From an uncultured Anaerolineaceae bacterium (GTDB lineage Bacteria > Chloroflexota > Limnocylindria > Limnocylindrales > CSP1-4): 64,000 bases of DNA. A model generated the notes under the pieces. The model had not been told where the DNA came from and searched no databases. It saw only the letters and a program-made list of their open reading frames with translations. The translations under genes were made by a program, and so were the position numbers. The stretch spans positions 16,310-80,309 of the forward strand of contig CAYRMQ010000002.1 in the NCBI GenBank assembly GCA_964425305.1, read 5' to 3'. Shown piece by piece: positions 1 to 8,897 of the stretch. Within the stretch, counting starts at the first letter, position 1, and each line of letters starts with the position of its first letter.

Positions 1-18
1 TTGAGGTTGCCGGCAAAT

Positions 19-56
19 GTAGCGCTGGTGAGCATTGACGCAGCCATCAGCTGAAG
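19..56 (+). repeat. REP-like element, divergent copy (GTAG head)
   Basis: GTAGCGCTGGTGAGCATTGACGCAGCCATCAGCTGAAG shares the GTAGCGCT head, the GTGAGC core and the CATC..TGA tail with the copies at 189, 30826, 30877 and 31057. Confidence 0.4.
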
Positions 57-59
57 TTG

Positions 60-88
60 CGGTCATGTGTGCGGCCGGTGAGCCCTAC
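60..88 (-). repeat. REP-like element (GTAG head)
   Basis: The reverse complement reads GTAGGGCTCACCGGCCGCACACATGACCG. It aligns with GTAGCGCTCACCCACGCGCCATCTGACGAG (rc of 30877-30906). Confidence 0.5.
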
Positions 89-188
89 GCCACTCAGGCA
101 GCCGTTTCGAGCGCGAGGACGAAGCCAACCATGCGCCGAAGAGTGCCGGTTCTGGCTTGGAAGGCCCGGCATCGGTGACGACTCTCGC

Positions 189-218
189 GTACTGCTCACG
201 ACGGCGTCATCTGACGAG
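189..218 (+). repeat. REP-like element (GTAG-type head)
   Basis: GTACTGCTCACGACGGCGTCATCTGACGAG is near-identical to 31057-31085 (GTAGTGCTCACGACGGCGTCGATTGACGG). It lies in the non-coding tail downstream of ask. Confidence 0.65.
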
Positions 219-251
219 AGAGCGGCCTTCCACGAGCCTCTTCGGCCGGCG

Positions 252-1514
252 TCACGCGCCGGCGGCCTCCTCCAGCACCGGCTCGGGCTGCTCCAGCTGG
301 AAGGCTGCGTGGAGAGCGCGTGCCGCCCGCTCGACCTCGGCCTCGTCGATGATGCACGTGATGCGGATGTCCGAGGTCGAGATCATCTCGATGTTGATGC
401 CCTCCTCGGCCAGCGCCCCGAACATCCGCGCCGCGTAGCCCGGCGCGTTCTGGATGCCCGTCCCGACGATCGAGACTTTCGCCACGTCGGCGTCCGTCGT
501 CAGCTCCTGTGCGCCCAGTTCCGGCACGACCCGCTCGAGCACCCGCCGGGCGGCTGCCAGGTCGGCCGAGTTGACCGTGAACGACAGGTCGGTCGCGCCG
601 GCGTGGCCGATGTTCTGGACGATCATGTCGACGTTGATGCCGGCCTCCGCCAGCGGCTCGAAGACGGCCCGCGCGACGCCCGGCCGGTCGGGCACGGCCA
701 CCAGCGTGAGCTTGGCCACGTTTCTGTCCGTCGCCAGGCCGCGGACCTTGTTGCGCTGCTCCACGTCACGATCCTCTTTGATCAGCGTGCCCGGATTGTC
801 GCTGAACGTCGAGCGCACGTTGATCTCGACGCCGTTGACCCAGCCCAGCTCGACCGCGCGCGACTGCATCACCTGCGCGCCCTGGATCGCCAGCTCGAGC
901 ATCTCCTCGTAGCCGATGACCGGCAGCAGGCGGGCATCGGGGACCACCCGCGGGTCGGCGGTGTAGATGCCCTCGACGTCGGTGTAGATCTCGCAGCGCT
1001 CGGCGGCCAGCCGGGCGGCGAGGGCGACTGCCGTCGTGTCGGAGCCACCGCGGCCGAGCGTGGTTACCTCGCCGGTGATCATCGACTCGTCGGTTGCACC
1101 CTGAAAGCCGGCGACGATGACCACCCGCCCGCGCTCCAGCTCATGCTGAACACGGAGCGGGTCAACGTTGGCGATGCGCGCGCGGCCGTGGGTCGCGTCG
1201 GTGCGGATGCCGGCCTGCGCGCCGGTGAGCGAGATCGCGGACACGCCCAGCGCGTGGAGCGCCATCGCGACGAGCGTGCCGCTGATGTGCTCGCCGGTGG
1301 CCAGCAGCAGGTCGAGCTCGCGCGGGTCCGGCTCGTCGGTGATCTGGCCGGCGAGCGCGATGAGGTGATCCGTCGTGTCGCCCATCGCACTGACGATGAC
1401 CACCAGGTCACGGCCCTGCTCGCCCTCGGCCGCGATGCGGCCGGCGACGCGGCGGATGCGCTCAGCATCCGCCAGCGACGAGCCGCCGTACTTCTGGACG
1501 ATCAGGTTGGTCAC
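252..1514 (-). CDS. lysC: aspartate kinase
   Basis: 420-aa ORF with a GTG start. N-terminus [16 protein letters not shown] carries the KYGGSS motif. ACT-like C-terminal half. Terminal gene of the threonine-pathway string. Confidence 0.93.
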   Translation of the reverse strand: MTNLIVQKYGGSSLADAERIRRVAGRIAAEGEQGRDLVVIVSAMGDTTDHLIALAGQITDEPDPRELDLLLATGEHISGTLVAMALHALGVSAISLTGAQAGIRTDATHGRARIANVDPLRVQHELERGRVVIVAGFQGATDESMITGEVTTLGRGGSDTTAVALAARLAAERCEIYTDVEGIYTADPRVVPDARLLPVIGYEEMLELAIQGAQVMQSRAVELGWVNGVEINVRSTFSDNPGTLIKEDRDVEQRNKVRGLATDRNVAKLTLVAVPDRPGVARAVFEPLAEAGINVDMIVQNIGHAGATDLSFTVNSADLAAARRVLERVVPELGAQELTTDADVAKVSIVGTGIQNAPGYAARMFGALAEEGINIEMISTSDIRITCIIDEAEVERAARALHAAFQLEQPEPVLEEAAGA

Positions 1515-1526
1515 TGTCGCTGCGAA

Positions 1527-1922
1527 CTATTGGATCCGCTGAATGGAGGGCACGACGTCGAAACTGTTGTCGTAGCTCCAGACGCGCACGGTGCCGAGCT
1601 TGCGCATTACCGCAACGTGCAGACAGTCGCGCGATGACAGGCCCTCGTACTCGCTGGACAGCGCTCGAGCCTGATCGACATCCGCCTTCGTCACGTCCGC
1701 CACCGAGCTGATCAGCGCCTCGAGCGCCTCGTACGCCGCGTTGAGATGCGATCGGTCGCGAACCGCGACATAGCGATGGATGATCTCTTGAAACACCTCG
1801 GCGCTCGTCACGAACGCTTCGCGGGCCTCAATGAGCCTGGGCGCGAGCTCGACCACCCTCCGTTTCAGCGGGTGCTCACCCCCGACCAGGTACATCGGCA
1901 CGTTGGAGTCGACGAAGATCAA
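1527..1922 (-). CDS. vapC: PIN-domain toxin (VapC family)
   Basis: 131 aa. MIFVDSNVPMY carries the first PIN acidic residue and SSRDCLHVAVM lies near the C-terminus. 4-nt overlap with the upstream antitoxin. Locally lower GC. Confidence 0.85.
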   Translation of the reverse strand: MIFVDSNVPMYLVGGEHPLKRRVVELAPRLIEAREAFVTSAEVFQEIIHRYVAVRDRSHLNAAYEALEALISSVADVTKADVDQARALSSEYEGLSSRDCLHVAVMRKLGTVRVWSYDNSFDVVPSIQRIQ

Positions 1923-2167
1923 GGGGATCGCCGACCGCGCTCGATGTCGGACAGGATCTCGTCGATGTCAGCGGTCGGGCCACTGAAGCGGGCGAAGCGG
2001 AGGATGGCGGCGATCCGCTCCTCGGGCTCCATCTCGTCCGTTTCCGCAACCGTACGACGCAGACTCTCCCTGACGAGCTGTGAGAGCGGCTTTCCCCGGC
2101 GCCTGGCCGCACGGGCCACGGCACGGTACTCGTCGTCTGGCATCAGGATCTGGAGGCGCTTGCTCAC
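1919..2167 (-). CDS. vapB: ribbon-helix-helix (CopG/VapB-like) antitoxin
   Basis: 82 aa with a GTG start. MSKRLQILMPDDEYRAVARAARRRGKPLSQLVRESL is an RHH pattern. Overlaps the vapC start by 4 nt. Confidence 0.8.
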   Translation of the reverse strand: MSKRLQILMPDDEYRAVARAARRRGKPLSQLVRESLRRTVAETDEMEPEERIAAILRFARFSGPTADIDEILSDIERGRRSP

Positions 2168-2202
2168 GAGGTGAGTATGTTCCTACTCACTTTCGTAGTC
2201 AA
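2168..2202 (-). promoter_or_regulatory. predicted vapBC promoter with operator palindrome
   Basis: Minus strand reads TTGACT (2202-2197), N17, CATACT (2179-2174), then 6 nt to GTG 2167. A perfect inverted repeat GTGAGTA-N6-TACTCAC (2171-2190) overlaps the spacer and -10. The -35 overlaps the thrB stop codon. Confidence 0.45.
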
Positions 2203-3146
2203 TCCGCCGATCCGCCGACCAATCGCGCTCCGTCCGACTGCGGCGCGACGACCCGCGCGTCGCCGCGAAGCCCCAGCCCTTCGGCGGCATCGCTCATCGC
2301 CCCAGCCACCGTCTCGGCCTGCTCGTCGCGGCACAGCGCGATGACGGTCGAGCCGGCGCCGGACAGCGCCGAGCCGAGCGCGCCGGCGGCCGACGCCGCC
2401 CGCTCCAGCTCGGGAAACTCCGGGTAGATCTGTGCGCGGTACGGCTCGTGCAGGCGGTCCTCGCACATCGCGCGCAGCAGCGACAGCTCGCCGCTGGCCA
2501 TGGCCGCGACGAGCATCGCCGCGCGGCCCAGGTTGTGGACGGCGTCGGCGCGCGAGATCGTGTCGGGCAGTGCCGCGCGCATGCGGCTGGTGGGCAGTTC
2601 GCGCTCCGGCACGAAGACGACCGCACGCAGCACCGCCGGCGGCTCGATGCGCAGCGTCCGCCACTCGCCCGCCGACTCCCCGCCGGTGACGACGACGAAG
2701 CCACCGAAGAGCGCGGCAGCGACGTTGTCGGGATGTCCCTCGATGTCGATGGCCAGCGCGAGCAGTCTTTCGCGCCCGAGCTCGCGGCCGGCCAGCGCCT
2801 CGGCGCACATCAGCCCGCCGACGGCCGCGGCCGCCGACGAGCCCAGCCCACGGCCGAGCGGGACCTCGTTGTCCATCTCGATGCGCCAGGCCATCTGCTC
2901 GTCGGCGGTGCCCAGCGCCTCGAGCCCGCGGCGGAGCCCCGCGATGAAGCGGTTGGCGTCGTTGAGCCCCAGCCGGCCGGCGCCCTCGCCGCTCACCTGC
3001 AGCTCGCTCACGCCGGCGCCGGCGAGCGCCTCAACCTCGACGCGCAAGCGCAGGTCGAGCGCCAGCGCCAGGCAGTCGAAGCCCACCCCGAGGTTGGCGC
3101 TGGTCGCCGGTACCTCGACCGCTACGCGCTGCGACCGCTCACTCAT
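2199..3146 (-). CDS. thrB: homoserine kinase
   Basis: 315 aa. VPATSANLGVGFD and GHMP-kinase motif GRGLGSSAAAAVGG. Confidence 0.93.
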   Translation of the reverse strand: MSERSQRVAVEVPATSANLGVGFDCLALALDLRLRVEVEALAGAGVSELQVSGEGAGRLGLNDANRFIAGLRRGLEALGTADEQMAWRIEMDNEVPLGRGLGSSAAAAVGGLMCAEALAGRELGRERLLALAIDIEGHPDNVAAALFGGFVVVTGGESAGEWRTLRIEPPAVLRAVVFVPERELPTSRMRAALPDTISRADAVHNLGRAAMLVAAMASGELSLLRAMCEDRLHEPYRAQIYPEFPELERAASAAGALGSALSGAGSTVIALCRDEQAETVAGAMSDAAEGLGLRGDARVVAPQSDGARLVGGSAD

Positions 3147-3153
3147 GACGCCC

Positions 3154-4269
3154 TCACCATCCCAGCACCTCGCGCACGCCGTCCACCGAGGCGGCCGCCT
3201 CCAGCACCGGCGGCGCCTGCCGGCCGGCGGTGTCGGGATCCTTCAGGCCGTGGCCGGTCAGCACGCAGACGATCGTCGCACCCGGGTCGATCCTGCCCGC
3301 CTGGGCCAGCTTGCGTACGCCGGCCACCGACGCCGCGCTGGCCGGCTCGACGAATACACCCTCGAGGCGCGCAAGGTCGCGGTAGGCGGCCAGGATCTCG
3401 TCGTCGCTGACCACCTCGATCACGCCGCCCGACTCGTCACGCGCCGCCAGCGCGCCCTCGCGGCTGGCCGGATCGCCGATCCGGATCGCCGTCGCCACCG
3501 TCTCCGGCTTCTTCACCCTGTGGCCGAGCACGAGCGGCGCTGCCCCCGCCGCCTGGAAGCCGAGCATCCGCGGCCGGACGTCTATCAGGCCGGCCGCGTG
3601 ATACTCGCTGAAGCCGCGCCAGTAGGCGGTGATGTTGCCGGCGTTGCCGACCGGGACGGCGAGGTAGTCGGGCGTCCCGCCGAGGTCCTCGCAGACCTCG
3701 AAGGCGGCTGTCTTCTGACCCTCGATGCGGTAGCGGTTGACCGAGTTGACGAGCGTCACCGGCCGCCCCGCGGTGCCCTCCTCGGCCAGGCTGCGCACGA
3801 CCCGCAGCGCGTCGTCGAACGAGCCGTCGACGGCGACCACGCGTGCGCCGGCCATCTGCGCCTGGAGCAGCTTGCCCAGCGCGATCTGGCCCTTGGGCAG
3901 CACGACCGCGACCTCCAGTCGGGCGGCTGCGCCGTACGCCGCCGCCGACGCGGCGGTGTTGCCGGTCGAGGCGCAGATGACGGCCTTCGCCCGCTCCTCC
4001 AGCGCCTTGGCAACGGACAGCACCATGCCGCGGTCCTTGAACGAGCCGGTCGGGTTCATGCCCTCGAGCTTGAGGTGGAGCAGCGGGCAGCCGATCATCC
4101 GGCCCAGGTTGCGCGCGTGGACGAGCGGCGTGTAGCCCTCGCCCAGCGAGAGCGGCGGCGTCGAGTCGCTGACCGGCAGGAAGGCCGCGTAACGCTCGAG
4201 CAGCCGCGGCCGGGCATCGGACATCGTCCGCTGCTGGCGGAGCTGGCGCAGGACCTCGCTCATGCGCAT
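3154..4269 (-). CDS. thrC: threonine synthase
   Basis: PLP-lysine motif GMNPTGSFKDRGM. I use ATG 4269 (MRMSEVLRQL). The longer 457-aa ORF would overlap hom and its extra N-terminus is Arg-rich noise. Confidence 0.92.
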   Translation of the reverse strand: MRMSEVLRQLRQQRTMSDARPRLLERYAAFLPVSDSTPPLSLGEGYTPLVHARNLGRMIGCPLLHLKLEGMNPTGSFKDRGMVLSVAKALEERAKAVICASTGNTAASAAAYGAAARLEVAVVLPKGQIALGKLLQAQMAGARVVAVDGSFDDALRVVRSLAEEGTAGRPVTLVNSVNRYRIEGQKTAAFEVCEDLGGTPDYLAVPVGNAGNITAYWRGFSEYHAAGLIDVRPRMLGFQAAGAAPLVLGHRVKKPETVATAIRIGDPASREGALAARDESGGVIEVVSDDEILAAYRDLARLEGVFVEPASAASVAGVRKLAQAGRIDPGATIVCVLTGHGLKDPDTAGRQAPPVLEAAASVDGVREVLGW

Positions 4270-4273
4270 GCCG

Positions 4274-5509
4274 TCAGTCCTCGAGCAGGCGATAGATCGG
4301 CGTGGTGGCGGGCATCCCACGGCCAGCCAGCGAGGCGCGCGCGCTGTCGATGTCGCACGGGCCGACGACTCCCGCGCCGGGCACGAACCAACACCTCTCT
4401 TGCCCCTCGCGGGCCGGGTCCAGATCACCGACCGGCGCCGCCGCGTCAGGCAGCGACGCCCACGTCGACCCCTCTCCGCGCTGGAGGGCGAGCAGATCGG
4501 CCAGGACGGCGCTGCTCGTCGCGTCACCGCCGGCGCCGGACCCGCGGAAACAGACGCGCCCGACCGGCTCGCCGACCACCTCGATCACGTTCTCCGGCCC
4601 ATCGGTCACGCCGATCACCGACCGGGCCGGCACCGCGCAGGGCTCGACGAAGCCGACCAGCCGCGCACCGGCCGGGGCCGCCACGCGCTCGGCGGAGGCG
4701 ACCAGCTTGATCGCCAGGCCCGCCCCCGCCGCCTCGGCCACGTGCGCCGCACGGACGCCGGTGATCCCCGGCTGCCCGTCGCCGCCGACCGCCGCCGGCG
4801 AGCGAACGATGCTCGACGGCTGCAGCCACGCACCCAGCGCCAGCCGCGCCAGCAGCACCAGCTTGTGCGCCGCGTCGCGACCCTCGACGTCCGCCGACGG
4901 GTCGGCCTCGGCGTAACCCTCGCGCTGGGCGGCGGCCAAGGCATCGCCGTAGTCGGCGCCGGTCGAGGCGATCGAGCTCAATATGAAGTTGGTCGTGCCG
5001 TTAACGATGCCGCGCACACGCCTGACGTGAACTGCGGCGAGGTCGCGGGCGAGCGGCGACAGGATCGGTATACCGCCGCCGACGGCCGCCTCCAAGCGCA
5101 GGCTGGCGGCAGACCGCCGCGCGACCCGCTCGAGGGCCGGGCCGAGCTCGGCGAGGAGTGCCTTGTTCGCCGTCACGACGCTCTTGCCGGTCGACAGCGC
5201 GGCCTCGATCAACCGGCCCGGTGGCTCAATCCCACCCAGCAGCTCGACGACGACGTCCACGTCGGCGCGCGTCACCAGGCGATCGAGGTCGTCGGTCCGA
5301 TCGACCCACTCCGGCAGGTCGACCGCCCGTCGCCGGCGCGGCTCGCGCACGCCGACGGCCACCAGCGCGGGTGGTCGGAGCCCGCGCGCCTCGACGTCGG
5401 CCCGCCACGCCTCGTCGAGCAGGCGCGCGGCGACGGCAGCGCCGACCGTGCCCAGGCCAAGGAGTGCCACCCTCATCGCCCGATTGTGCCAGTGCACAGC
5501 GCTTGCCAT
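4274..5509 (-). CDS. hom: homoserine dehydrogenase
   Basis: Rossmann N-terminus MRVALLGLGTVGAAV, with a catalytic and ACT-like C-terminus. ATG 5509 has GGCGGAG 5 nt upstream. ATG 5476 is an alternative start. Confidence 0.92.
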   Translation of the reverse strand: MASAVHWHNRAMRVALLGLGTVGAAVAARLLDEAWRADVEARGLRPPALVAVGVREPRRRRAVDLPEWVDRTDDLDRLVTRADVDVVVELLGGIEPPGRLIEAALSTGKSVVTANKALLAELGPALERVARRSAASLRLEAAVGGGIPILSPLARDLAAVHVRRVRGIVNGTTNFILSSIASTGADYGDALAAAQREGYAEADPSADVEGRDAAHKLVLLARLALGAWLQPSSIVRSPAAVGGDGQPGITGVRAAHVAEAAGAGLAIKLVASAERVAAPAGARLVGFVEPCAVPARSVIGVTDGPENVIEVVGEPVGRVCFRGSGAGGDATSSAVLADLLALQRGEGSTWASLPDAAAPVGDLDPAREGQERCWFVPGAGVVGPCDIDSARASLAGRGMPATTPIYRLLED

Positions 5510-5548
5510 AGAGTCTCCGCCGTGCGCGGTCTCGCCTAAACTTCGGCC

Positions 5549-6571
5549 ATGACGTCACCGGCGACCACCCAGCCGTCTGCCGTGCCGCGCACCGGCGAGC
5601 GCGTCTTCTCAGGCGTGCAGCCGTCCGGCCTGCCGCACCTGGGCAACTATCTCGGCGCGTTCCGCAACTACATCGCGCTGCAGGAGACCGGCAACGCGAT
5701 CTACTGCATCGTCGACTACCACGCGCTGACCTCGACTCATGACGCCGAGCTGATCCGGACGAACACCCACGAGATGGCGCTCGGCCTCTTGGCGCTGGGC
5801 CTCGATCCCGAGAAGGCGATCCTCTTCCGCCAGTCGGACCGGCCGGAGCACGCCGAGCTGGCCTACCTGCTCTCGACGGTCGTGCCCGTCAGTTGGGTCG
5901 AGCGGACGCCCTCCTTCAAGGAGAAGAAGCGCACCCAGCCCGACGACGTCAACCACGCCCTGCTGACCTACCCGGTACTGCAAACGGCCGACATCGCGAT
6001 CTACAAGGCGCGCTACGTGCCGGTCGGCAAGGACCAGGCGGCGCACCTCGAGCTGGCGCGCGAGATCGTACGCGCCTTCAACAGCCGCTACGGCGACGTC
6101 TTCCCCGAGCCCGAGGCGGTGTTCACCGATTCGCCCATCGTCAAGGGCACCGACGGCGTCAACAAGATGAGCAAGTCACTCGGCAACGTGGTCGAGATCT
6201 TCGCCGACGAGGCGACCCTGCGGAAGCAGGTCATGAGCATGGTCACCGACACCCAGCGCATCCTGCGCACAGACCCGGGACGGCCGGAGGTCTGCAACGT
6301 CTGCCAGCTGCACCGCTTCGTCAGCCCCGACTACGAGACGATCTGGGAAGGCGAGCGGACGGCACGCACCGGCTGCGTCGACACCAAGCAGCTGCTCGCC
6401 GAGCGCATCCTGTCGACGTTCGCCGACGCGCGCGCCCGGCGCGAGGAGCTGGCCGCGAAACCCGGCTATGTCGAGGAGGTGCTGCGCGCCGGCGCCGACA
6501 GGCTGGCCCCGCTCGCCGCCGCGACGATGGCCGAGGTCCACGACCGGATGGGGCTCGCGCCGGGCCGGTAG
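5549..6571 (+). CDS. trpS: tryptophan--tRNA ligase
   Basis: 340 aa. The class I signature GLPHLGNYLGA is HIGH-like. KMSKS is present (VNKMSKSLGN). Confidence 0.95.
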   Translation: MTSPATTQPSAVPRTGERVFSGVQPSGLPHLGNYLGAFRNYIALQETGNAIYCIVDYHALTSTHDAELIRTNTHEMALGLLALGLDPEKAILFRQSDRPEHAELAYLLSTVVPVSWVERTPSFKEKKRTQPDDVNHALLTYPVLQTADIAIYKARYVPVGKDQAAHLELAREIVRAFNSRYGDVFPEPEAVFTDSPIVKGTDGVNKMSKSLGNVVEIFADEATLRKQVMSMVTDTQRILRTDPGRPEVCNVCQLHRFVSPDYETIWEGERTARTGCVDTKQLLAERILSTFADARARREELAAKPGYVEEVLRAGADRLAPLAAATMAEVHDRMGLAPGR

Positions 6572-6590
6572 CACCAGACACGCCGGCGAC

Positions 6591-7581
6591 GTGCGGCGCG
6601 CCGCCCTGACGATCGCAGCGGCGGCCTACCCCACCGGGCTGCTACTGCTCACGGTGGTCCACGTCGTGGCTCCGCAGCGCGACGGGATCGTCGCGCTGTC
6701 GCAGGTCTTCGCTCCGCACCTGTTCCTGGCGGGCGTGCCGCTGCTCGCCGGCGCGCTTCTGTGGCGCCTCGGGCCGGCGACCGTCGCGATTGCCACCCTC
6801 GCGATCGCCGTCTGTGCGGTCCGTTTCGGGCCCGGGATGATCTCGCTGCCTGTCCCTCTGCCCGAGGGCCAGACGCTGACCGTCATGACCTGGAACCTCG
6901 CCGCCGGCGAGGGGGCTGCGGAGCTACTGGTCGAGCGTCTGCTCGCCTCCGACGCGGACCTCGTTGCGCTGCAGGAGCTTCGGCCCGAGCACGTCGCCAA
7001 GATCGAGGCCGAGCCGGTGCTGTCGGAATGCTTTCCCGGTCGCCTGCTGGTGCCTCAGCGCGGCACGCTCGGTATCGGCCTGCTCAGCTCCCGGCCACTT
7101 ATCGACGCGACCGCCGGGCTCGACCCACCGCTCATCGTGGCCCGGATCCAGCCGGCGGAGGATGTCGACGTGACGGTCGCAACGGCACACGCGCGGCCGC
7201 CGCGATTCGGTCTCCTCGGCGGCTTCCTGCCGGTCGCCTATGACGCTCGGATCAGGGACGACGACCTGCGCGCGGTGCGCGCTGAAGTCGGCGCCCGCTC
7301 GACCGATCCCCTGATCCTGCTCGGCGACTTCAACGTCACCGACCGAGAGCCAGGCTACACCGACCTCACCGACGGACTGCTCGATGCCCACACCGACGCG
7401 GGCTTCGGCACGGGCCTGGCGACCGGCGGTCGCCGATTTCCTGCCGTTTGGCGTCCTGCGCATCGACTACGTCCTGACCAGAGGAGGCGTCGACCCGGTC
7501 GCGACCGAGGTCGATTGCCTTACCGATGCGGGCGACCACTGCATCCTCTATGCCACTGTGGTCATTACTAACGTCGAGTGA
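6591..7581 (+). pseudogene. membrane-anchored endonuclease/exonuclease/phosphatase (EEP) family gene with a broken reading frame near 7415-7425
   Basis: GTG 6591 encodes TM helices and then the EEP core (LTVMTWNLAAGEG, LVALQEL, ILLGDFNVTDREPGY). After ..DAGFGTGLA the frame degenerates into Arg/Pro text. The expected C-terminus WRPAVADFLPFGVLRIDYVL..AGDHCILYATV sits in the +1 frame (ORF 7384..7581). Confidence 0.65.
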
Positions 7582-7619
7582 TCGTCGGGTGAGCCGGGCG
7601 GAGTAGACTCCAGTCAATC

Positions 7620-8897
7620 ATGGAGATCCAGTTCCCCGAGTCCGAGCGACGCTGGCTCCACGCCGTCCTGGTCCTCGGGACGCTGGTGCTCGCGCTGATC
7701 CTGCTCGGTCAGGTCGCGACGATCCTGGTTTTCTTCAGCGACCTGCTGCTGATCCTGCTGCTGGCCTGGCTGCTGGCGTTCATGATCTCGCCGCTGGTCA
7801 ACCTCGTCCTGCGCGCCGTGCCCTTCGCGCCGCGGGTGCTCGTCGTCGGCGGGATCTACACCGTGCTGATCATCGGGCTGAGCTCCGTCGCCGTCCTGGC
7901 GGCGAGCAGCCTCGTCCGCTCAATCGAGAACTTCGTGCGCGACCTGCCCGCGCTGCAGGCGCGCCTGCCCGAGCTGCTGGCGCCGGTCCAGAGCACGCTC
8001 CACTCGCTCGGTTTCCAGATCGACCTCATCGCGGCGTCGCAGGACGCGCTGGTCTGGCTGGCCGGCCTGGCCGACGACATCGTCGGCCCGCTCACCGCCC
8101 TCGCCTTCGCCAGCCTGGGCATGGTCGCCAACCTGCTGATCGTCGTCTTCTTGTCGCTGTTCATCGTCCTCGAGAAGGACCGCCTGATCGCCTATCTGAA
8201 CCGGCTGGTGCCGCCGCGCTACAGCGACGAGGCACGCCTCTTCGAGACGAGCGTGGCCAGCTCGTTCGGCGGTTTCATCCGCGGCCAGGCGGTGCAGGGC
8301 ATCATCTACGCCGCCGTCGCCGTCGTGACCCACATCGTCTTCGGCCTCGACTTCCTGCCCGCCTCGGCGGCGCTCGTCGGCGTGCTCCAGGCGATCCCCT
8401 TCTTCGGGCCCTTCCTGTCGTGGGCGCCGCCCGTCGTCATCGCCCTCCTGACCCGGCCCGAAGTCGCGTTGCCGACGCTCATCGTCATGGCCGCCGGCTG
8501 GTTCGTGGTGATGAACATCGTCCAGCCGAAGGTGATGGCGTCGGCGGTCGGCATCAGCCCCGTCGCCGTCTTCATCTCGGTGCTCATCGGTCTGAAGGTG
8601 GCCGGCATCGCCGGCGCAATCTTCGCCCTGCCCTTCGCCGCAGTGCTGGCCGCGTTCTTCCACCACTTCCTCGAGCGCAGCGGCGGCGGCCCGCGCGACG
8701 TCGCCTCGCGCGCAGCGCAGCGCGTACAGGAACGCGAGGGCAGGCGGGTACGCGTGCCCACCGCGCCGCCGGTGCCGGCCGAGGGCTCGCCGGCGGAGAC
8801 CACGCACGAGGCACACACCGCCACGCGCGCCGGCCGGCGACCGGCCCAGCCCCGACCCTCCGACACCGCCCCCGAACCGATGGAGCCCGGTCCGTGA
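7620..8897 (+). CDS. AI-2E family (PerM/YhhT-like) transporter
   Basis: 425 aa and polytopic. FGGFIRGQAVQGIIYA and the overall topology are typical of UPF0118/AI-2E. Pro/Ala/Arg-rich C-terminal tail. Confidence 0.82.
   Translation: MEIQFPESERRWLHAVLVLGTLVLALILLGQVATILVFFSDLLLILLLAWLLAFMISPLVNLVLRAVPFAPRVLVVGGIYTVLIIGLSSVAVLAASSLVRSIENFVRDLPALQARLPELLAPVQSTLHSLGFQIDLIAASQDALVWLAGLADDIVGPLTALAFASLGMVANLLIVVFLSLFIVLEKDRLIAYLNRLVPPRYSDEARLFETSVASSFGGFIRGQAVQGIIYAAVAVVTHIVFGLDFLPASAALVGVLQAIPFFGPFLSWAPPVVIALLTRPEVALPTLIVMAAGWFVVMNIVQPKVMASAVGISPVAVFISVLIGLKVAGIAGAIFALPFAAVLAAFFHHFLERSGGGPRDVASRAAQRVQEREGRRVRVPTAPPVPAEGSPAETTHEAHTATRAGRRPAQPRPSDTAPEPMEPGP

Noticed and set aside
57-1637. Long ORFs antisense to or overlapping real genes. 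Examples: 57..1637, 2500..4710, 7920..9128, 8306..10153, 37621..40674, 37649..39985, 52263..54035, 54111..55874, 60488..62335.
   Set aside because: These are typical shadow ORFs of very GC-rich DNA. Their translations are Arg/Ala/Pro/Gly-rich with no recognisable motif. Each mirrors a gene on the other strand or frame that has clear conserved motifs.
3154-4527. The 457-aa version of thrC, and similar N-terminally extended ORFs for metK, dnaJ, manC, pgm, pgi and the substrate-binding protein gene.
   Set aside because: The extensions overlap upstream genes and lack conservation. Internal starts coincide with the conserved N-termini and with ATGA/GTGA junctions or Shine-Dalgarno sites.
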